Below, piece by piece: positions 61,406 through 64,000 of a DNA stretch of 64,000 bases. The notes under the pieces are model-generated. The model saw nothing but the letters and a program-made list of their open reading frames with translations. It ran no database searches and was not told the DNA's origin. Position 1 is the first letter of the stretch, and the number at the start of each line of letters is the position of its first letter. The stretch lies in NCBI GenBank assembly GCA_030648285.1, contig JAUSIC010000011.1:1513-65512 (forward strand), in the 5' to 3' direction. The translations under genes and the position numbers were made by a program. Source of the DNA: Nanobdellota archaeon (GTDB taxonomy: Archaea; Nanobdellota; Nanobdellia; Pacearchaeales; GW2011-AR1).

Positions 61406-61638
61406 AACCAATAGTAACAGAAAAAGCAGTTATGGCAATTGAAAAAGAAAATGTTTTAACATTTGAACTTCCAATGAAAAAGACAAAACCTGAAATTAAA
61501 AAAGAAATTGAAGAACTTTTCGATGTTAAAATAGAAAAAATCAGAACAATAATCCAATCAAATAAAAAATATGCGATGGTAAAATTAAAGAAAGATTTCC
61601 CTGCTATTGACATAGCAACGAAATTAGGAATGATGTAA
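61402..61638 (+). CDS. rpl23: ribosomal protein L23
   Basis: Position and sequence. Confidence 0.85.
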   Translation: MKPIVTEKAVMAIEKENVLTFELPMKKTKPEIKKEIEELFDVKIEKIRTIIQSNKKYAMVKLKKDFPAIDIATKLGMM

Positions 61639-61639
61639 T

Positions 61640-62341
61640 ATGGGTAAAAGAATAATCACACAAGCGCGTGGGCATGGAAGCATGAGTTATCGTGTTAGAA
61701 GAAAAGCATACAGATTCAGATTAAAATATCCAAGAAAACTTGAAGGAGAAGGAACTGTTGTGAAATTGCAAAGTTCAACAGGACATACTGCTCCTTTGGC
61801 AAAAGTGAGATACAATGAGGGATTTTTTTACATGCCTGCATTCAGAGGAATGATTGAAGGACAGAAAATAAATTTCAATGGAACAGAAATTAAAGAAGGA
61901 ACCATAATGAAATTAAAAGACATCCCTGTAAAAACACAAATTTATAATATAGAATCAAGATTAGGAGACGGAGGAGTTTTCATAAAAACAGGTGGAAGTT
62001 CTGCAATAGTAAACAGAATCGTAAAAGAAGGAGTTTTTGTATTAATGCCTTCTAAAAAAGAAAAACTATTCACAGGAGAAAGCAGAGCAACAATAGGAGT
62101 AATCGCAGGAGCAGGAAGATTAGACAAGCCATTAGTCAAGGCAGGAAAAAACTTTTATATTAAAAAATTAAGAAATAAACTTTGGCCAAGGACTTCAGCA
62201 GTCAAGATGAATGCAATCGACCACCCATTCGGTTCTGGTAGAGGAAAGCATCCGAAGAGCAAGATTGCAAAGAGAAACGCTCCTCACGGAAGAAGAGTAG
62301 GATTGCTAAGACCAAGAAGAACTGGTAGGAAGAAAAGATAA
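61640..62341 (+). CDS. rpl2: ribosomal protein L2
   Basis: MGKRIITQARGHGS N-terminus and C-terminal GRGKHPKS... Confidence 0.9.
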   Translation: MGKRIITQARGHGSMSYRVRRKAYRFRLKYPRKLEGEGTVVKLQSSTGHTAPLAKVRYNEGFFYMPAFRGMIEGQKINFNGTEIKEGTIMKLKDIPVKTQIYNIESRLGDGGVFIKTGGSSAIVNRIVKEGVFVLMPSKKEKLFTGESRATIGVIAGAGRLDKPLVKAGKNFYIKKLRNKLWPRTSAVKMNAIDHPFGSGRGKHPKSKIAKRNAPHGRRVGLLRPRRTGRKKR

Positions 62342-62343
62342 AA

Positions 62344-62592
62344 ATGAAAACAATAACACAACCAAAAATTCAAGAATTAGAATCTAAAGAAGATTTAGAA
62401 TTACTTGTAAGTGGAGATTTAGTTAATGTTGATTTTGAAGAATATAAGGGTTATCTAACTTATTATGGTAGATCTAATAGGTTTTTGATGTTTAAGGGAA
62501 AATTATACCAAGATAGAACAGAAAGTATTGTTTATTATAATATTGAATTATTAGATGTTCAAGATAATAAAGTTATTAAGAGATCTCAATAA
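62344..62592 (+). CDS. hypothetical small protein inserted between L2 and S19
   Basis: 82-aa ORF sitting tightly between the L2 stop and the S19 start. Confidence 0.3.
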   Translation: MKTITQPKIQELESKEDLELLVSGDLVNVDFEEYKGYLTYYGRSNRFLMFKGKLYQDRTESIVYYNIELLDVQDNKVIKRSQ

Positions 62593-62594
62593 AA

Positions 62595-62999
62595 ATGGAA
62601 AAAATAGAATCAACAAAAAAAATATTCAAGTACAGAGGAAAAACACTCGAAGAGCTCAAAGAACTTGATGTGAGAGAGTTTTCAAAACTTTTGAAATCAA
62701 GAACAAGAAGAATGGTATTGAGACAATTCAATGAAATAAATGAATTCGTCAACAGGTCAAAAGTAAAAATTGAAAGAAAAAAGACAATAAAGACACACGA
62801 CAGAAATCTTGTTGTTGTTCCTCAAATGGTTGGAATGAGAATACACATTTACAATGGACATGCTTTTATTCCTGTAGATGTTATTGGAGAAATGCTTGGA
62901 CACAGGTTCGGAGAATTTTCAATGACAAGAGGAAAAGTTAAACATGGAACAGCTGGAATTGGTTCTACAAAAGGAAGCAAGTCCCAGTCTAAGAAATAA
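62595..62999 (+). CDS. rps19: ribosomal protein S19
   Basis: VVPQMVGMRIHIYNGHAFIPVDVIGEMLGHRFGEFSMTRG. Confidence 0.9.
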   Translation: MEKIESTKKIFKYRGKTLEELKELDVREFSKLLKSRTRRMVLRQFNEINEFVNRSKVKIERKKTIKTHDRNLVVVPQMVGMRIHIYNGHAFIPVDVIGEMLGHRFGEFSMTRGKVKHGTAGIGSTKGSKSQSKK

Positions 63000-63000
63000 A

Positions 63001-63228
63001 ATGACAAATCAATTAATGCCTTTGGAAATAATAATAAGACTAGAAAGAACAATTGATGGAATAAGTAAATCAAAAGATAATGTGAAAACGTCTCTTTATA
63101 TTGTAGCAAGTAACTCCCTTTTAAACGCAGCAAGGGATGCTGGATTTTCACCAAAATTGATACAAAATTATCTTAGCAGGATTGTTCATTCAGTAAGAAC
63201 TTCATACCTGGAGCATATATCATTATAA
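63001..63228 (+). CDS. hypothetical small protein inserted between S19 and L22
   Basis: 75-aa ORF starting two nt after the S19 stop. Confidence 0.3.
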   Translation: MTNQLMPLEIIIRLERTIDGISKSKDNVKTSLYIVASNSLLNAARDAGFSPKLIQNYLSRIVHSVRTSYLEHISL

Positions 63229-63229
63229 A

Positions 63230-63799
63230 ATGGCAGAAGAAAATAAAGAAACAAAATTGGAAGAGAAAACTGAAGAGACTAAAACAACAGAAAAAGAAGA
63301 AAAAGTTGAAGAGAAAAAAACAGAAACAGCTGAAAAAACAAAAGAAAAGAAAAAAGAAGAAGTCAAGAAAGTTGTGAAAGTCAAGAAAACAGAAGCTGTT
63401 GTAAATGCTAAAAGTCTTCCGATATCAACATTAGATGCAATGTACATTTCAAAATTCATAAAGAAGAAAACAATTGAAAAAGCAATTGAAAATTTGGAAA
63501 TGGTTTTGAAGTTCAAGAAAGCTATTCCAATGAGAGGAGAAATTCCCCATAGAAAAGGAAAAAGAATGATGTCTGGAAGATATCCATTGAAAGCAGTTGA
63601 ATCTTTCATAATATTATTGAAAAGTCTTCAGTCAAATGCAAACGCAAATGGAATGGATGAACCAATAGTTGTTGAGGCAATTGCAAACAAGGCTTACCAG
63701 CCTTTCGGAAGATTTGGAGCAATAAGAAGAAAAAGAACTCATATTACAATTAAAGTAATGGAGAAGAAGTTAATCTCTAAGAAGAAAACAAAAAAGTAA
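63230..63799 (+). CDS. rpl22: ribosomal protein L22 with Lys/Glu-rich N-terminal extension
   Basis: L22 core AKSLPISTLDAMYISKFI... Confidence 0.85.
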   Translation: MAEENKETKLEEKTEETKTTEKEEKVEEKKTETAEKTKEKKKEEVKKVVKVKKTEAVVNAKSLPISTLDAMYISKFIKKKTIEKAIENLEMVLKFKKAIPMRGEIPHRKGKRMMSGRYPLKAVESFIILLKSLQSNANANGMDEPIVVEAIANKAYQPFGRFGAIRRKRTHITIKVMEKKLISKKKTKK

Positions 63800-63850
63800 A
63801 ATGACAGAACTAACGTTCAGCACAAATAAAAATTCAGGAGAATTTTCATA

Positions 63851-64000
63851 ATGGAAGAGAATAATGTAGTAGCATTCAAGAAGAAAGAATATTCTGTAAA
63901 AGAATATATCAAGACATTACTTGAAAAAGGAAAAGTCAGCAAGGTAAGAATTGAATACACTCCTATAGGAGAAAAAATAATCATTGCAACTCACAAGCCA
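63851..64000 (+). CDS. rps3: ribosomal protein S3 (3'-truncated at window edge)
   Basis: KH-domain N-terminus and position after L22. Preceded by the conserved leader. Confidence 0.75.
   Translation, partial: MEENNVVAFKKKEYSVKEYIKTLLEKGKVSKVRIEYTPIGEKIIIATHKP

Overview
This is an AT-rich (about 30% GC) archaeal window with reduced, DPANN-like features. Lineage is an inference from gene content only. Archaeal markers include ribosomal proteins L12/P1, L40e and L37Ae, RpoP, aIF-5A, Spt5, SecE, FtsZ with SepF, and TYW1.

Main contents:
- **23S rRNA (about 1745-4905, +):** carries a roughly 350-nt AT-rich, ORF-less insertion in domain IV. No 16S or 5S rRNA is seen nearby.
- **Defence island (about 5.3-16.7 kb, mostly minus strand), directly downstream of the 23S:** Fic; a HEPN-motif protein plus a Cas4-like FeS nuclease; a PIN protein; a frameshifted RadC; a HEPN/Abi-like protein; a type I restriction-modification system with a fused HsdM-HsdS and HsdR; and a PD-(D/E)xK nuclease.
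- **Diversity-generating retroelement (46.1-48.1 kb, -):** a reverse transcriptase with the GxxxSQ motif, an 85-bp TR/VR pair with adenine-specific mismatches, and a target gene with a C-terminal VR.
- **Cell-surface locus (22.6-35.4 kb):** pilin-like proteins, an S-layer-like protein, an archaeosortase-like protein and a PGF-CTERM-like surface protein.
- **Two ribosomal-protein clusters:** L1-L10-L12, and L3-L4-L23-L2-S19-L22-S3. Both contain extra small inserted ORFs.
- **Other archaeal gene clusters:** an FtsZ-SecE-Spt5-L11 cluster and an L37Ae-RpoP-prefoldin cluster.
- **tRNAs:** Phe, Pro, and an intron-containing Ser.
- **Possible structured ncRNA:** a GC-rich, ORF-free 330-nt region next to tRNA-Phe.
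- **Repeats and regulatory elements:** two families of 110-150-bp intergenic repeats, and a conserved 60-nt upstream leader shared by at least six unrelated genes.

Every call rests on motif reading of the supplied translations and sequence. No database search was possible.
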